Positions 8,280-17,604 of a stretch of 52,454 bases of DNA are shown here, one piece after another; position 1 is the stretch's first letter, and every line of letters begins with the position of its first letter. A program made the position numbers and the translations under genes. The notes beneath the pieces are model-generated. The model did no database searches. It saw only the letters and a program-made list of their open reading frames with translations, and was not told the origin of the DNA. The DNA lies in assembly GCA_031379405.1 (NCBI GenBank), contig JANNFC010000121.1, positions 1 through 52,454 of the forward strand, read 5' to 3'. This stretch comes from Betaproteobacteria bacterium (GTDB taxonomy: Bacteria; Pseudomonadota; Gammaproteobacteria; Burkholderiales; SHXO01).

Positions 8280-10181
8280 TTGGCGAAAAGGCGAACTCTG
8301 ATGAAGCCTGTCAACCAGTTCCAGCTGCTTACCGAACGCCGCTTTCTGCCGTTCTTTCTCGCCCAACTGGGCGGCGCCTTCAATGACAACCTCTACAAAA
8401 ACGTGCTGGTTTTGCTGGTTACCTACGAGGCAGCGTCATTCACCACCCTCAACCCCGGCATCCTGACCAATCTCGCAGCAGGTTTATTTATCTTTCCCTT
8501 CGTGCTGTTCTCCGCCTACGGGGGCCAACTCGCGGATCGCTACGACAAAGCCATGCTAATTCGTGCGATCAAACTGGCGGAGGTGCTGATCATGATCGTC
8601 GCCGGGTTTGGCTTGGCCAGCAAGAATCTCAGCGTGCTGTTGAGCGCGTTGTTTCTCATGGGCGCGCATTCGGCTTTCTTCGGTCCGGTGAAGTACTCGA
8701 TCTTGCCGCGCGTGCTCACGGATGATGAATTGACCGGTGGCAACGGATTGATCGAATCGGGTACCTTCGCCGCGATTCTGGTCGGCACCATCATTGGAGG
8801 CTTGCTAGTCGCCGCCAATGCCGATGCGATGACGTTATCCATCGCGTTGGTGGGAGTAGCGGTATTCGGATTTGTGTGCAGCTTGTTCGTACCCTCCACC
8901 GGCGTCGCCGATACGAGCGTGAAAGTCAGCTTTAATCCCCTTGGCGGTACGCTGGAAACCTTGCGCTTCGCCAAGCAAAAGCGCTCGGTGTTCTTGTCCT
9001 TGCTTGGGATTTCATGGTTCTGGTTTTTCGGTGCGCTTTTGCTGTCCCAGTTTCCCAACTACGGCAAGGATGTTCTCGGTGGCAACGAGCACGTGGTGAC
9101 GTTGCTACTCGCTCTATTTTCTGTCGGAGTGGCCATCGGTTCCTTACTATGTGAGCGCCTATCCGGCGGGCGTATCGAGATCGGCCTGGTTCCCTTCGGC
9201 TCCATTGGCATCACCGCGTTTGCGGCGGATCTGTATTTCGCTACTCCGCAAGTGACCGGCAGCATGCGTCCAATGATGGAATTCGTTCAGAGCACCGGCA
9301 GCGCGCGCGTGTTAGTCGATTTGTTCATGCTCGGTGTGTTCGGCGGTTTCTACATCGTGCCGTTGTATGCCTTCATTCAAACGCGCACCGAACGTACGTA
9401 CACCTCGCGCATTGTTGCCGCCAACAATATTCTGAACGCGTTGTTCATGGTAGTAGCCGCAGGCATGGCAGCGGCGCTGCTTTCGGCGGGATTGAACATA
9501 CCGCAATTGATTCTGACTTGCGCCCTACTCAATGCGGCGGTAGCGATCTATATTTATACGCTGGTACCGGAGTATCTGTGGCGATTCGTCGATTGGATCT
9601 TGGTACACACCATTTTCCGGGTGCGGAAAATTGGGCTGGAGAATATTCCCGAGACGGGCCCGGCGTTGCTGGTGTGCAATCACGTTTCCTTTGTCGATGC
9701 GATGGTGCTAACGGCGGCCGTGCACCGGCCGGTGCGATTCGTAATGGACCATCAGATCTTTAAAGTCCCGGTGCTCAGTTTCTTCTTCCGTGCCGCCAAG
9801 GCAATACCCATCGCACCGGCCAAGGCCGATGGCGCGATGTTGGAACGCGCCTTCGAGGAGATCGACCGCGCCTTGGCCGATGGCGAGTTGGTGTGCATCT
9901 TTCCCGAAGGCAGGCTGACCGATGATGGGGAGATCGGTGAGTTTCGGGCAGGATTCAAACGCGCGCTGGAACGCAGACCGGTGCCGGTACTGCCCATCGC
10001 ATTGTCCGGATTGTGGGAATCTCCGTTCTCGCGCTTCAAGCGGACGTTGCCTAAGCGCTTCGCCTTGGGAGCGCCTTTTCGACGGGTGCGCGTTGTCATC
10101 GGAGAGGTGATGGCTCCCGGCGCACTCACGCCTGAGTTACTGCGGGAGCGCGTGTTGTCGCTACGCGGCGATTGGAAGTAG
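8280..10181 (+). CDS. MFS transporter (LplT-like) fused to a PlsC-type acyltransferase domain
   Basis: About 12 hydrophobic segments in the N-terminal 430 aa. The C-terminal domain has the acyltransferase HxxxxD motif (CNHVSFVDA) and FPEGR. The ORF opens with TTG at 8280; ATG at 8301 (MKPVNQF) is the more likely start. Confidence 0.8.
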   Translation: MAKRRTLMKPVNQFQLLTERRFLPFFLAQLGGAFNDNLYKNVLVLLVTYEAASFTTLNPGILTNLAAGLFIFPFVLFSAYGGQLADRYDKAMLIRAIKLAEVLIMIVAGFGLASKNLSVLLSALFLMGAHSAFFGPVKYSILPRVLTDDELTGGNGLIESGTFAAILVGTIIGGLLVAANADAMTLSIALVGVAVFGFVCSLFVPSTGVADTSVKVSFNPLGGTLETLRFAKQKRSVFLSLLGISWFWFFGALLLSQFPNYGKDVLGGNEHVVTLLLALFSVGVAIGSLLCERLSGGRIEIGLVPFGSIGITAFAADLYFATPQVTGSMRPMMEFVQSTGSARVLVDLFMLGVFGGFYIVPLYAFIQTRTERTYTSRIVAANNILNALFMVVAAGMAAALLSAGLNIPQLILTCALLNAAVAIYIYTLVPEYLWRFVDWILVHTIFRVRKIGLENIPETGPALLVCNHVSFVDAMVLTAAVHRPVRFVMDHQIFKVPVLSFFFRAAKAIPIAPAKADGAMLERAFEEIDRALADGELVCIFPEGRLTDDGEIGEFRAGFKRALERRPVPVLPIALSGLWESPFSRFKRTLPKRFALGAPFRRVRVVIGEVMAPGALTPELLRERVLSLRGDWK

Positions 10182-11147
10182 ATGACGGCGCTGGATGAAG
10201 CAGTGCGCGTCCTGCGCGCGGGAGGGCTGGTAGCGTTTCCGACGGAAACCGTTTACGGATTGGGTGCGGACGCTTCCAATCCGGAGGCGGTCAAAGGTAT
10301 TTTCGCCGCCAAGGGTCGCCCCGCCGGTCATCCGCTCATCGTGCATCTTGCAAGCGAGGATCAACTTTCTTCATGGGCACGCGACACGCCTCCCTCCGCT
10401 CTGCAACTCGCACGCGCATTCTGGCCGGGACCGATGACGTTGATTCTGAAGCGCGCCCAAGGCGTCATCGATGAAGTAACGGGAGGACAGAATTCGGTCG
10501 GACTGCGCATACCTTCGCACCCCATGGCCAGAGACCTGCTGGCGGCATTTGGCGGCGGTGTGGCGGCACCCTCGGCCAATCGATTCGGCCGCATTAGCCC
10601 AACCACGGCCGAGCACGTCAGAACCGAACTGGGCGACCGAGTGGATCTGATACTCGACGGCGGCGCCTGCGATGTGGGCATCGAGTCCACCATCGTGGAT
10701 CTATCTTCTGGAGTGCCCGTGCTGCTGCGTCCCGGCCACATCTCCATCAGACAACTGGAGTCGGTACTCGGCCAACCTGTCGGGCGGGCGTCGCAGGCTT
10801 CTCCTCGGGCCTCGGGCACACTGGAGGCACACTACGCGCCGTCCAAACCTTTGCTGTTGGTGGAACCCGCTCGATTGAAGGCGACGATTGCGGAGCAATC
10901 CCGCGCCGGCGTCGTGGCGGTGCTGTCGCCACAAAGCCCTTTTACCGATGTCGTGGTCGCCATATGGCGCCAAGCACCTGCGTCGAGCGAAGACTATGCG
11001 CACGACCTCTATGCGGCGCTGCGCGAGTTGGATGCTTCCGCCTGTACAACCATCATCGTGGAAGCGCCACCCGAATCAGGGCAGTGGATGGCGGTGCGAG
11101 ACCGCTTGCAACGTTCCGCGGCAGGTTCGCAGACACACGCCACTTAA
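10182..11147 (+). CDS. L-threonylcarbamoyladenylate synthase (Sua5/YwlC/YrdC family, long form)
   Basis: GGLVAFPTETVYGLGADA, KGRPAGHPLIVH, SANRFG and a Sua5-type C-terminal domain; 321 aa. Confidence 0.9.
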   Translation: MTALDEAVRVLRAGGLVAFPTETVYGLGADASNPEAVKGIFAAKGRPAGHPLIVHLASEDQLSSWARDTPPSALQLARAFWPGPMTLILKRAQGVIDEVTGGQNSVGLRIPSHPMARDLLAAFGGGVAAPSANRFGRISPTTAEHVRTELGDRVDLILDGGACDVGIESTIVDLSSGVPVLLRPGHISIRQLESVLGQPVGRASQASPRASGTLEAHYAPSKPLLLVEPARLKATIAEQSRAGVVAVLSPQSPFTDVVVAIWRQAPASSEDYAHDLYAALRELDASACTTIIVEAPPESGQWMAVRDRLQRSAAGSQTHAT

Positions 11148-11152
11148 AACAA

Positions 11153-11189
11153 GTAGAGTGCGCAAGTAGAGTGCGTTCCGCGCACCCTA
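11153..11189. repeat. REP-like element copy (half copy plus hairpin)
   Basis: GTAGAGTGCGC-AA-GTAGAGTGCG-TTCCG-CGCACCCTA lies between convergent genes. The right arm overlaps the stop codon of the minus-strand aminotransferase gene. Confidence 0.5.
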
Positions 11190-12380
11190 TGCGGCTGCGT
11201 CGACAAGATCCTTGGTTTTGACGTCGGCTAGGTATTGCAACGCCGCGCTGACGCCTTCTCGCTGGATGGGTACGCCAGTGATGGCCAGTCCCATCTCCAC
11301 CCCGCACAGCGTCCCGGCCAAGGTCAGATCGTTGAAATCTCCCAGGTGCCCGATGCGAAACACCTTACCTTGCATCCTGCCCAACCCGCTCCCCAGGGAC
11401 ATGTCGAATTGCTGAAGGATGACCTTGCGCACTTGATCGGCGTCGTGACTCGCGGGCAATAGCACCGCCGTCAACGAGCCGCTGTGTTCCTCCGGATTGT
11501 TGCACAGGACGTCCAGGCCCCATGCCTTCACCGCGCGACGCGTCGCCTCGGCGTGTCGTTGATGGCGCGCGAACACGTGCTCAAGGCCTTCCTCTTGCAA
11601 CATAAGCAAGGCTTCGCGTAAGCCATACAGCAGATTGGTGGCCGGCGTATAGGGGAAATAACCCTTCTCGTTGGAGGCGAGCATCTCCTCCCAATTCCAG
11701 TAAGCGCGCGGCGACAACGCGGAGCGCGAGGCGATCTGCGCCTTGGGGCTGATGGCATTGAAACTCAATCCCGGCGGCAGCATGAGTCCCTTCTGCGAGC
11801 CGGCGACGGTAACGTCCACGCCCCACTCATCCATTCGATAGTCGATGGACGCCAATGATGAAATCGTATCCACCATCAACAGCGCCGGATGCTGTGCTCG
11901 ATCCAGTGCCCGGCGGATCAGCGGTACACGTGTTACCGCCCCGGTAGAGGTTTCGTTGTGCACCACGCACACGGCTTTGATGCGATGCTCGCGATCGGCC
12001 AGCAGTTCAAATTCGATGGCTGCCGCGTCCGCTCCTCGCCGCCAATCGCCCGGAAGAAACATGGTCTCCAATCCGAGACGCTCGGCCATCTTCTTCCACA
12101 GAGTGCTGAAGTGTCCGGTCTCGTACATCAGAACCCGATCACCCGGCGACAGTGTATTGACCAGCGCGGCTTCCCAGGCTCCCGTGCCGGAGGCAGGGTA
12201 GATGATGACGGGATGGCGGGTCTTGACCACGGCCTTCATTCCTTCCAGCACCTCGCGACCCAGGTCAGCGAACGCCGGTCCACGGTGATCCATGGTGGCA
12301 TTGTCGATGGCGCGCAGCACCCGGTCGGGGACGTTGGTGGGGCCGGGAATCTGAAGGAAATGGCGTCCTGCTCTGTACAT
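11187..12380 (-). CDS. class V PLP-dependent aminotransferase (serine--glyoxylate / alanine--glyoxylate aminotransferase-like)
   Basis: N-terminus HFLQIPGPTNVPDRVL, SGTGAWEA and GSQKGLMLPPG (PLP lysine region); 397 aa. Confidence 0.85.
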   Translation of the reverse strand: MYRAGRHFLQIPGPTNVPDRVLRAIDNATMDHRGPAFADLGREVLEGMKAVVKTRHPVIIYPASGTGAWEAALVNTLSPGDRVLMYETGHFSTLWKKMAERLGLETMFLPGDWRRGADAAAIEFELLADREHRIKAVCVVHNETSTGAVTRVPLIRRALDRAQHPALLMVDTISSLASIDYRMDEWGVDVTVAGSQKGLMLPPGLSFNAISPKAQIASRSALSPRAYWNWEEMLASNEKGYFPYTPATNLLYGLREALLMLQEEGLEHVFARHQRHAEATRRAVKAWGLDVLCNNPEEHSGSLTAVLLPASHDADQVRKVILQQFDMSLGSGLGRMQGKVFRIGHLGDFNDLTLAGTLCGVEMGLAITGVPIQREGVSAALQYLADVKTKDLVDAAA

Positions 12381-12456
12381 GAGTTGCTCCTCGAATGACC
12401 GGTGAGCCTACTCCAAGGAGCGCTCTGAGACAACCGCCGGTTATGCTTTGTGTCGG

Positions 12457-12921
12457 TTATGCTTTCCACATCCTAGGGTCGAAAGAGAAGGGCGTCGGCT
12501 GTTCCAAGCGAAGCCTGCGGAAATCGGGATGGGCGGGATTCCCAACTACGTTGTGCTCGCGTGGGGCGATAACGGAGGGCACTCGAAGAAATGCCGTCGT
12601 GCCCTCGCGAAACCATCGTGCGCCAACTTCTTGTGTCGATTTGGGCGCAGGCTCCGTTCGCCAATCAGACGGAAGATCTTCGAGCTTGATTGTGGAAACT
12701 TGAATTGAAATGGGCGTTTCGCCTTCTAGCGCGACAAACTCTAGGTGCCGCGCTGCCGTGGGCAAATGCACAAAGGTCTCGAGACACGCCAGGGACAAAG
12801 TCTCGGAAAAATAGATGGCGCGAGTTCCCGGCGGATTCCAGCGCGCGCCATGCACAAAGTTACCCTCTCCGCTTAACGCGCTGAGCGCGTATCGCGTCTT
12901 GCTAAGGCGCCAGAGATTCAA
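12457..12921 (-). CDS. RES domain toxin (RES family NAD+ phosphorylase) of a type II TA pair
   Basis: The RES signature order is present (GARWNPPG...YFSETLSLACLE). About 150 aa. The TTG start overlaps the stop of the upstream antitoxin gene (TTGA). Confidence 0.8.
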   Translation of the reverse strand: MNLWRLSKTRYALSALSGEGNFVHGARWNPPGTRAIYFSETLSLACLETFVHLPTAARHLEFVALEGETPISIQVSTIKLEDLPSDWRTEPAPKSTQEVGARWFREGTTAFLRVPSVIAPREHNVVGNPAHPDFRRLRLEQPTPFSFDPRMWKA

Positions 12922-13412
12922 ATGCTCTCGCTATGCTCGATTCGATAGAGAAGTTTGCGAACTTCCTCCGCGCCCGCTTCCGTCATCATTTCTTCGATTG
13001 GAAGGCGCTGGTTGAGGCCTATTTGGGCTTCACAAAGCCACTGTAGGGCCGCTTCTCTCGATTCGAAGACTTCCTCCGCCAGTCCGACCAGGCCGGCCAC
13101 TCGATAAAGGCGGTCGCTCTGCGCAAGCGACAAGCGCGTTTGGGCAGAGCGCATGCGAGACAAGGTTCGTTGAGTCACATCGAGTATCGTGGCGAGCCGC
13201 TCGTCGCTAAGCGCGAACCCATTCTTTAGGTGCGTTACTGCCGCGAAGGGCAAACCCCCACGCAAAATATCCGAAACGTTCAGACTGGTTGGGGCTTTTC
13301 GGCCTCCAGCGGGAGACCCACCTAGAAGCTCAAGGGTGTGCGAGGGCGACATGATTATCCACGGACTAGACAAAAGTCGCTCCATGATACGACAGTTAGC
13401 TAGTCGGCTCAA
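12918..13412 (-). CDS. Xre/MbcA/ParS-type antitoxin with a DUF2384-like C-terminal domain
   Basis: LSDERLATILDVTQRTLSRMR helix-turn-helix-like segment, then ALQWL...LNQRLPIEEM...AGAEEVRKLL, typical of DUF2384. It sits directly upstream of the RES gene and is translationally coupled to it. The true start is possibly ATG at 13352 rather than TTG at 13412. Confidence 0.75.
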   Translation of the reverse strand: MSRLANCRIMERLLSSPWIIMSPSHTLELLGGSPAGGRKAPTSLNVSDILRGGLPFAAVTHLKNGFALSDERLATILDVTQRTLSRMRSAQTRLSLAQSDRLYRVAGLVGLAEEVFESREAALQWLCEAQIGLNQRLPIEEMMTEAGAEEVRKLLYRIEHSESI

Positions 13413-13499
13413 GGGACTGGGACTGGGACTGGAACCAGGTGGCTAAAGGGAAGTCCCCTTCGCTGCTAGCATTGCCATCCATCACTCGATCTACCTACC

Positions 13500-16406
13500 T
13501 TGAGCAATCATCGGGCTGTCTCCGACCACTTCGACTCATCCCTTGCCCGTCGCCTACTACGCGAGGTAGAGGGCGATGTGCTATTCGACCGTTTCAGTCG
13601 CGGGCGCTATAGCACTGATGCGTCCATCTACCAGATCGAACCCATTGGTGTGGTGGTGCCGCGCTCCGAGAAGGCAGCGCGAGTGGCGATGCAGATCGCT
13701 GCCGAGGAACGCATACCGATATTGCCAAGAGGGGCAGGCAGTTCGCAATGCGGCCAGAGCGTCGGCCGTGCATTGGTGATCGACAATTCCAAGTACCTCA
13801 ATGAGATTGGCGAGCTAGACGTCGAGAAACAAGAAGTCACGGTGCAGCCCGGGGTTGTACTGGACCAACTCAACACCGGCTTGCGGCCACATGGGTTGTG
13901 GTTTCCCGTGGACGTATCCACCTCAGCGCAAGCTACGATCGGCGGCATGGCCGGCAACAATTCCTGCGGTTCGCGCTCCATCCGCTACGGCAATATGGTG
14001 CACAACGTGTTAGGTATCGATGCACGGCTGGCCGATGGAAGCGAGGTTTATCTTGGCGTGCCGGAGGCGTGTTCCACCAATGCCAAGGGGCTTGTTGATC
14101 ACATTCATGCGCTCGCGCAAAGAGAAGCCGCCGAAATTGCGCAACGCTGGCCGAAAGTTTTGCGAAGAGTTCAGGGTTACAACTTGGATATGGTGTTGCC
14201 CGCCACCGCCCACAATCTCGCGCATTTGCTGGTGGGGTCCGAAGGTACACTTGCTTACTCAAAGCGAATAAAACTCAAACTTTCCCGCATCCCCGTACAC
14301 AAGGTGTTGGGCGTCGTGCACTTCCCCACGTTCTACCGTGCGATGGAATGCACCCAACATATCGTCAAGCTGGATCCCGACGCGGTGGAATTGGTCGACC
14401 GCACCATGCTCGACCTGGCGTGCGGCAACGCCGCCTTCCGCCCCACCGTCGATCGCTTTCTGCGCGGCGATCCCGAAGCGATCCTCCTGGTGGAATTCGC
14501 CGGAGACACTCAAAACGATCCGCTACACAAACTGAAGGCTCTTGCGGAACTGATGGCCGACCTCTCCCTCCCCGGTTCGGTTGTCCCGATTACGGAAATC
14601 TCGCTTCAGCGCGACATCTGGGAGGTGCGCAAGGCGGGGCTTAACATCATGATGTCGATGAAGGGTGATGGCAAACCGGTGTCATTCATCGAAGATTGCG
14701 CGGTACCGCTGGAGCATCTTGCCGAGTACACGCGTCAATTGACCGAGATCTTCCACAAGCACGGTACGCGCGGCACATGGTACGCGCACGCTTCCGTCGG
14801 CACCCTGCATGTGCGCCCCATTCTGAATATGAAGCAAGACGGCGCGCGCCAGATGCGCGCTATCGCCGAGGAGGCCTGCGAGCTGGTCAAGCGCTACAAA
14901 GGCGCCTATTCCGGTGAGCACGGCGATGGATTGGTGCGCTCGGAATGGATCGAGCCGATTCTAGGGCGGCGACTGACCGCCGCGCTGGGCGAGATCAAAG
15001 CGCTGTTCGATCCGCACAACTTGATGAATCCCGGCAAGATCGTCAAGCCAACCAAGATGGACGAGCGTTCCCTAATGCGGGCCTCATTCAAATATCAGCC
15101 GGTGGTCCTAAACACCGCACTCGATTGGTCCGCCTGGGATGTGCATGGAAGAGGAGAAGGATTTCTCGCCGCCGCCGAAATGTGCAACAACAACGGGCAC
15201 TGCCGCAAGTTCGATGCGGGCACGATGTGTCCTTCATTCCGGGCCACGCGTGAGGAGCAACACCTCACGCGTGGGCGCGCCAACTCCTTGCGTCTCGCGC
15301 TCTCAGGACAACTGGGTCGCGAGGCAATTTCCGATCCCGCCATGCACGAGGCAATGTCGCTATGCGTAGGCTGCAAGGGATGCAAACGCGAATGCCCAAC
15401 CGGGGTGGATATGGCGCGCATGAAGATCGAGTTCATGCATCACTACCGCGAGCGACACGGACTCAGCATGCGCCAAAAGCTGGTGGCCTATCTTCCTCGA
15501 TATGCGCCGGCACTTTCCAAGTTCAGAGCGATGCTCAATTTGCGCGATCGGCTTCCTGGCGCTGCACACCTGTCCGAGATGCTCACGGGAATCAGCGCAC
15601 GGCGCAGCCTGCCGCCATGGCACCGTGACACCGAAAGCGAATGGCAGATTCCCGCGCAAGGCGAGCGCGAGGTCGTCCTCTTCGTCGACACATTCAATCG
15701 GTGGTTCGAACCCGAAAACGCCAACGCGGCGTTACGCGTGTTGGGTGCTGCCGGCTATCGCGTGCATCTGGCCAAGGGCACCGACAGACCATTGTGCTGT
15801 GGGCGCACTTTCCTGGCTGCGGGATTGGTCGACGAAGCACGCGTAGAGGCCCGACGATTGCTCGCCGCCGTCAAGCCCTTCGCCGATCGCGGCGTGCCCA
15901 TCATCGGTTTGGAGCCTTCGTGTCTACTCACGCTGCGAGACGAGTACAGCGTGATGCTGAAAGAGTCCGAGCTGGGCGCGGTGCCGAGCCAGGCGTTACT
16001 GCTCGAAGAATTTCTCGCGAGAGCGCATAAGGCGGGCGCACTGCAACTACCCCTTCGTTCCATGGCAGGTAGGAAGGCAATGCTGCATGGCCACTGTCAT
16101 CAGAAGGCCTTCGGCGTGATGGGCGATGTGGAGCATGTGTTGAAGTTGATACCGGATCTTGCAGTGGAGCAGATTCAAAGCAGTTGCTGCGGCATGGCGG
16201 GCGACTTCGGCTATCACGCCGAGCATTTCGACGTTTCAATGCAGATGGCCGAAGCATCGCTGTTGCCGAAGGTGCGCGAAGCGTCATCGGACGATTGGAT
16301 CGTGGCCGACGGCACCAGCTGCCGGCATCAGATCAAGGATGGAGCGAACAGGACTGCGGTTCATGTTGCTCGAGTGCTTGATGCATCGTTAGGTTTCGTA
16401 ACTTAG
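13500..16406 (+). CDS. FAD-binding and (Fe-S)-binding oxidoreductase (GlcD-GlcF fusion type, YdiJ-like 2-hydroxyacid dehydrogenase)
   Basis: N-terminal FAD-linked oxidase (PRGAGSS..G). A central CxxCxxCxxxCP 4Fe-4S motif (CVGCKGCKRECP). C-terminal Cys-rich CCG domains (CCG.., SCCGMAG). 968 aa, TTG start. Confidence 0.85.
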   Translation: MSNHRAVSDHFDSSLARRLLREVEGDVLFDRFSRGRYSTDASIYQIEPIGVVVPRSEKAARVAMQIAAEERIPILPRGAGSSQCGQSVGRALVIDNSKYLNEIGELDVEKQEVTVQPGVVLDQLNTGLRPHGLWFPVDVSTSAQATIGGMAGNNSCGSRSIRYGNMVHNVLGIDARLADGSEVYLGVPEACSTNAKGLVDHIHALAQREAAEIAQRWPKVLRRVQGYNLDMVLPATAHNLAHLLVGSEGTLAYSKRIKLKLSRIPVHKVLGVVHFPTFYRAMECTQHIVKLDPDAVELVDRTMLDLACGNAAFRPTVDRFLRGDPEAILLVEFAGDTQNDPLHKLKALAELMADLSLPGSVVPITEISLQRDIWEVRKAGLNIMMSMKGDGKPVSFIEDCAVPLEHLAEYTRQLTEIFHKHGTRGTWYAHASVGTLHVRPILNMKQDGARQMRAIAEEACELVKRYKGAYSGEHGDGLVRSEWIEPILGRRLTAALGEIKALFDPHNLMNPGKIVKPTKMDERSLMRASFKYQPVVLNTALDWSAWDVHGRGEGFLAAAEMCNNNGHCRKFDAGTMCPSFRATREEQHLTRGRANSLRLALSGQLGREAISDPAMHEAMSLCVGCKGCKRECPTGVDMARMKIEFMHHYRERHGLSMRQKLVAYLPRYAPALSKFRAMLNLRDRLPGAAHLSEMLTGISARRSLPPWHRDTESEWQIPAQGEREVVLFVDTFNRWFEPENANAALRVLGAAGYRVHLAKGTDRPLCCGRTFLAAGLVDEARVEARRLLAAVKPFADRGVPIIGLEPSCLLTLRDEYSVMLKESELGAVPSQALLLEEFLARAHKAGALQLPLRSMAGRKAMLHGHCHQKAFGVMGDVEHVLKLIPDLAVEQIQSSCCGMAGDFGYHAEHFDVSMQMAEASLLPKVREASSDDWIVADGTSCRHQIKDGANRTAVHVARVLDASLGFVT

Positions 16407-16432
16407 GTCCCTTGGCTTAGGTCCCTTGGCTT
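16403..16432. repeat. 14-bp tandem duplication (TTAGGTCCCTTGGC x2)
   Basis: Two perfect adjacent copies, read directly. The first copy overlaps the TAG stop of the preceding gene. Confidence 0.9.
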
Positions 16433-16507
16433 GTTACACCTCATGAATCCAATTAAACTAGCGACCTATCTGGCCAGATATCGGCCTCGCGAGAAGGAAA
16501 TTCCATC

Positions 16508-16795
16508 GTGAAAGAAATTCCAATCTCCGACGCGAAGAACTCCCTGACAAGCCTGGTACATCAAGCCGAAGCGGGTAAACCGGTTCGGTTGACCAGAAGA
16601 GGCAAACCCGTTGCGGTTCTACTCTCAAATACTGCGTATTGTCGTCTGGAGCAAAGTAAACCACCTCAGGACATCTGGCAGTTTGTCGAGCGTTGGCGCT
16701 CAGAGCTACCCGCGAATCTCCATGAACTCCGGTTCAGTGTGGCCATACTGGATACCAGCACTCGCAAGACCCAACTCTCAGTTTTTCTGTGGTGA
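16508..16795 (+). CDS. Phd/YefM family type II antitoxin (no intact partner toxin downstream)
   Basis: The N-terminus MKEIPISDAKNSLTSLVHQAEAGKPVRLTRRGKPVAVLLS is the canonical Phd/YefM fold signature. GTG start. The gene downstream is a cupin, not a toxin. Confidence 0.8.
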   Translation: MKEIPISDAKNSLTSLVHQAEAGKPVRLTRRGKPVAVLLSNTAYCRLEQSKPPQDIWQFVERWRSELPANLHELRFSVAILDTSTRKTQLSVFLW

Positions 16796-16865
16796 TGTCC
16801 CGGATTTGCATGTCGGAGGGCATCGCGGGTTACGATGCTGTCGCATCTAACCCACCCTACGAATT

Positions 16866-17363
16866 TTGTCTGCTGGGATGATCTCTATGAATGCTATGAA
16901 ATGGAAATTCAACGGCGTGCGAGTGGTTAAGGGGACCGACTTGGACACCAACACGGCACAAACGCCAGGCATGAACCGCGCGGCGGCCATTACCAACGCG
17001 CGCTGCGGCGCGCAGAAGTTGTGGGCAGGCACCGTGGTCATTCATCCCAAGGCCAAGACCGGCGCGCATCATCACGGTCCCGTGGAAAGCGTGATCTACG
17101 TCGTGAGCGGCAAGGCGCGCATGCGTTGGGGTGACAAACTTGAATTTACGGCTGAGGCCGGGCCGGGTGATTTCATCCATGTTCCGCCGTTCGTGCCGCA
17201 TCAGGAGATCAATGCCAGCGACGACGAACCGCTGTCTTGTGTGCTGTGCCGCAGCGGGCAGGAACCGGTGGTGGTCAACCTCGATATCCCTGTGGTGGAA
17301 CGTCCCGAAGAAGTGCATTGGACCGACGATATTCACAAGGGGCCGCAGGAGCCCGGCAGTTGA
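16866..17363 (+). CDS. cupin domain-containing protein
   Basis: G(A)HHHGPVES...Y....G and PPFVPHQEINAS form a two-motif cupin metal site. The start is uncertain (TTG 16866; ATG 16878/16887/16896). Confidence 0.75.
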   Translation: MSAGMISMNAMKWKFNGVRVVKGTDLDTNTAQTPGMNRAAAITNARCGAQKLWAGTVVIHPKAKTGAHHHGPVESVIYVVSGKARMRWGDKLEFTAEAGPGDFIHVPPFVPHQEINASDDEPLSCVLCRSGQEPVVVNLDIPVVERPEEVHWTDDIHKGPQEPGS

Positions 17364-17604
17364 GCGCAGTCATCACCTACGACTGGCCGGCGCTGTTCCT
17401 ATGCTTGGCAGCTTCTGCGCAAGTCAAACCAGCGCACGGCGCCGACGCATTGCCCCAAATCGATGCCATGCCGGTGGAGTTCGATGCGGCGGTCGACGAG
17501 CGGCGCGATAACGGCATCCCAGAATCGGACGAGCAAGCGTGTAGCTACTTCTTCTTCTGTTCTCGGGACTCAAGGTCGGGAAGATCCTCACCACGGGCGG
17601 CACC

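Noticed and set aside
7656-8366. 236-aa ORF antisense to purC; similar long antisense or off-frame ORFs at 28859-29533 (lipB), 38291-39022 (dynamin), 45689-46390 and 46294-47124 (nadE), 32911-33807 (pilT) and 35669-36226 (proC)
   Set aside because: All are shadow ORFs of GC-rich genes with no recognisable motifs. The opposing or alternative frames encode well-recognised proteins.
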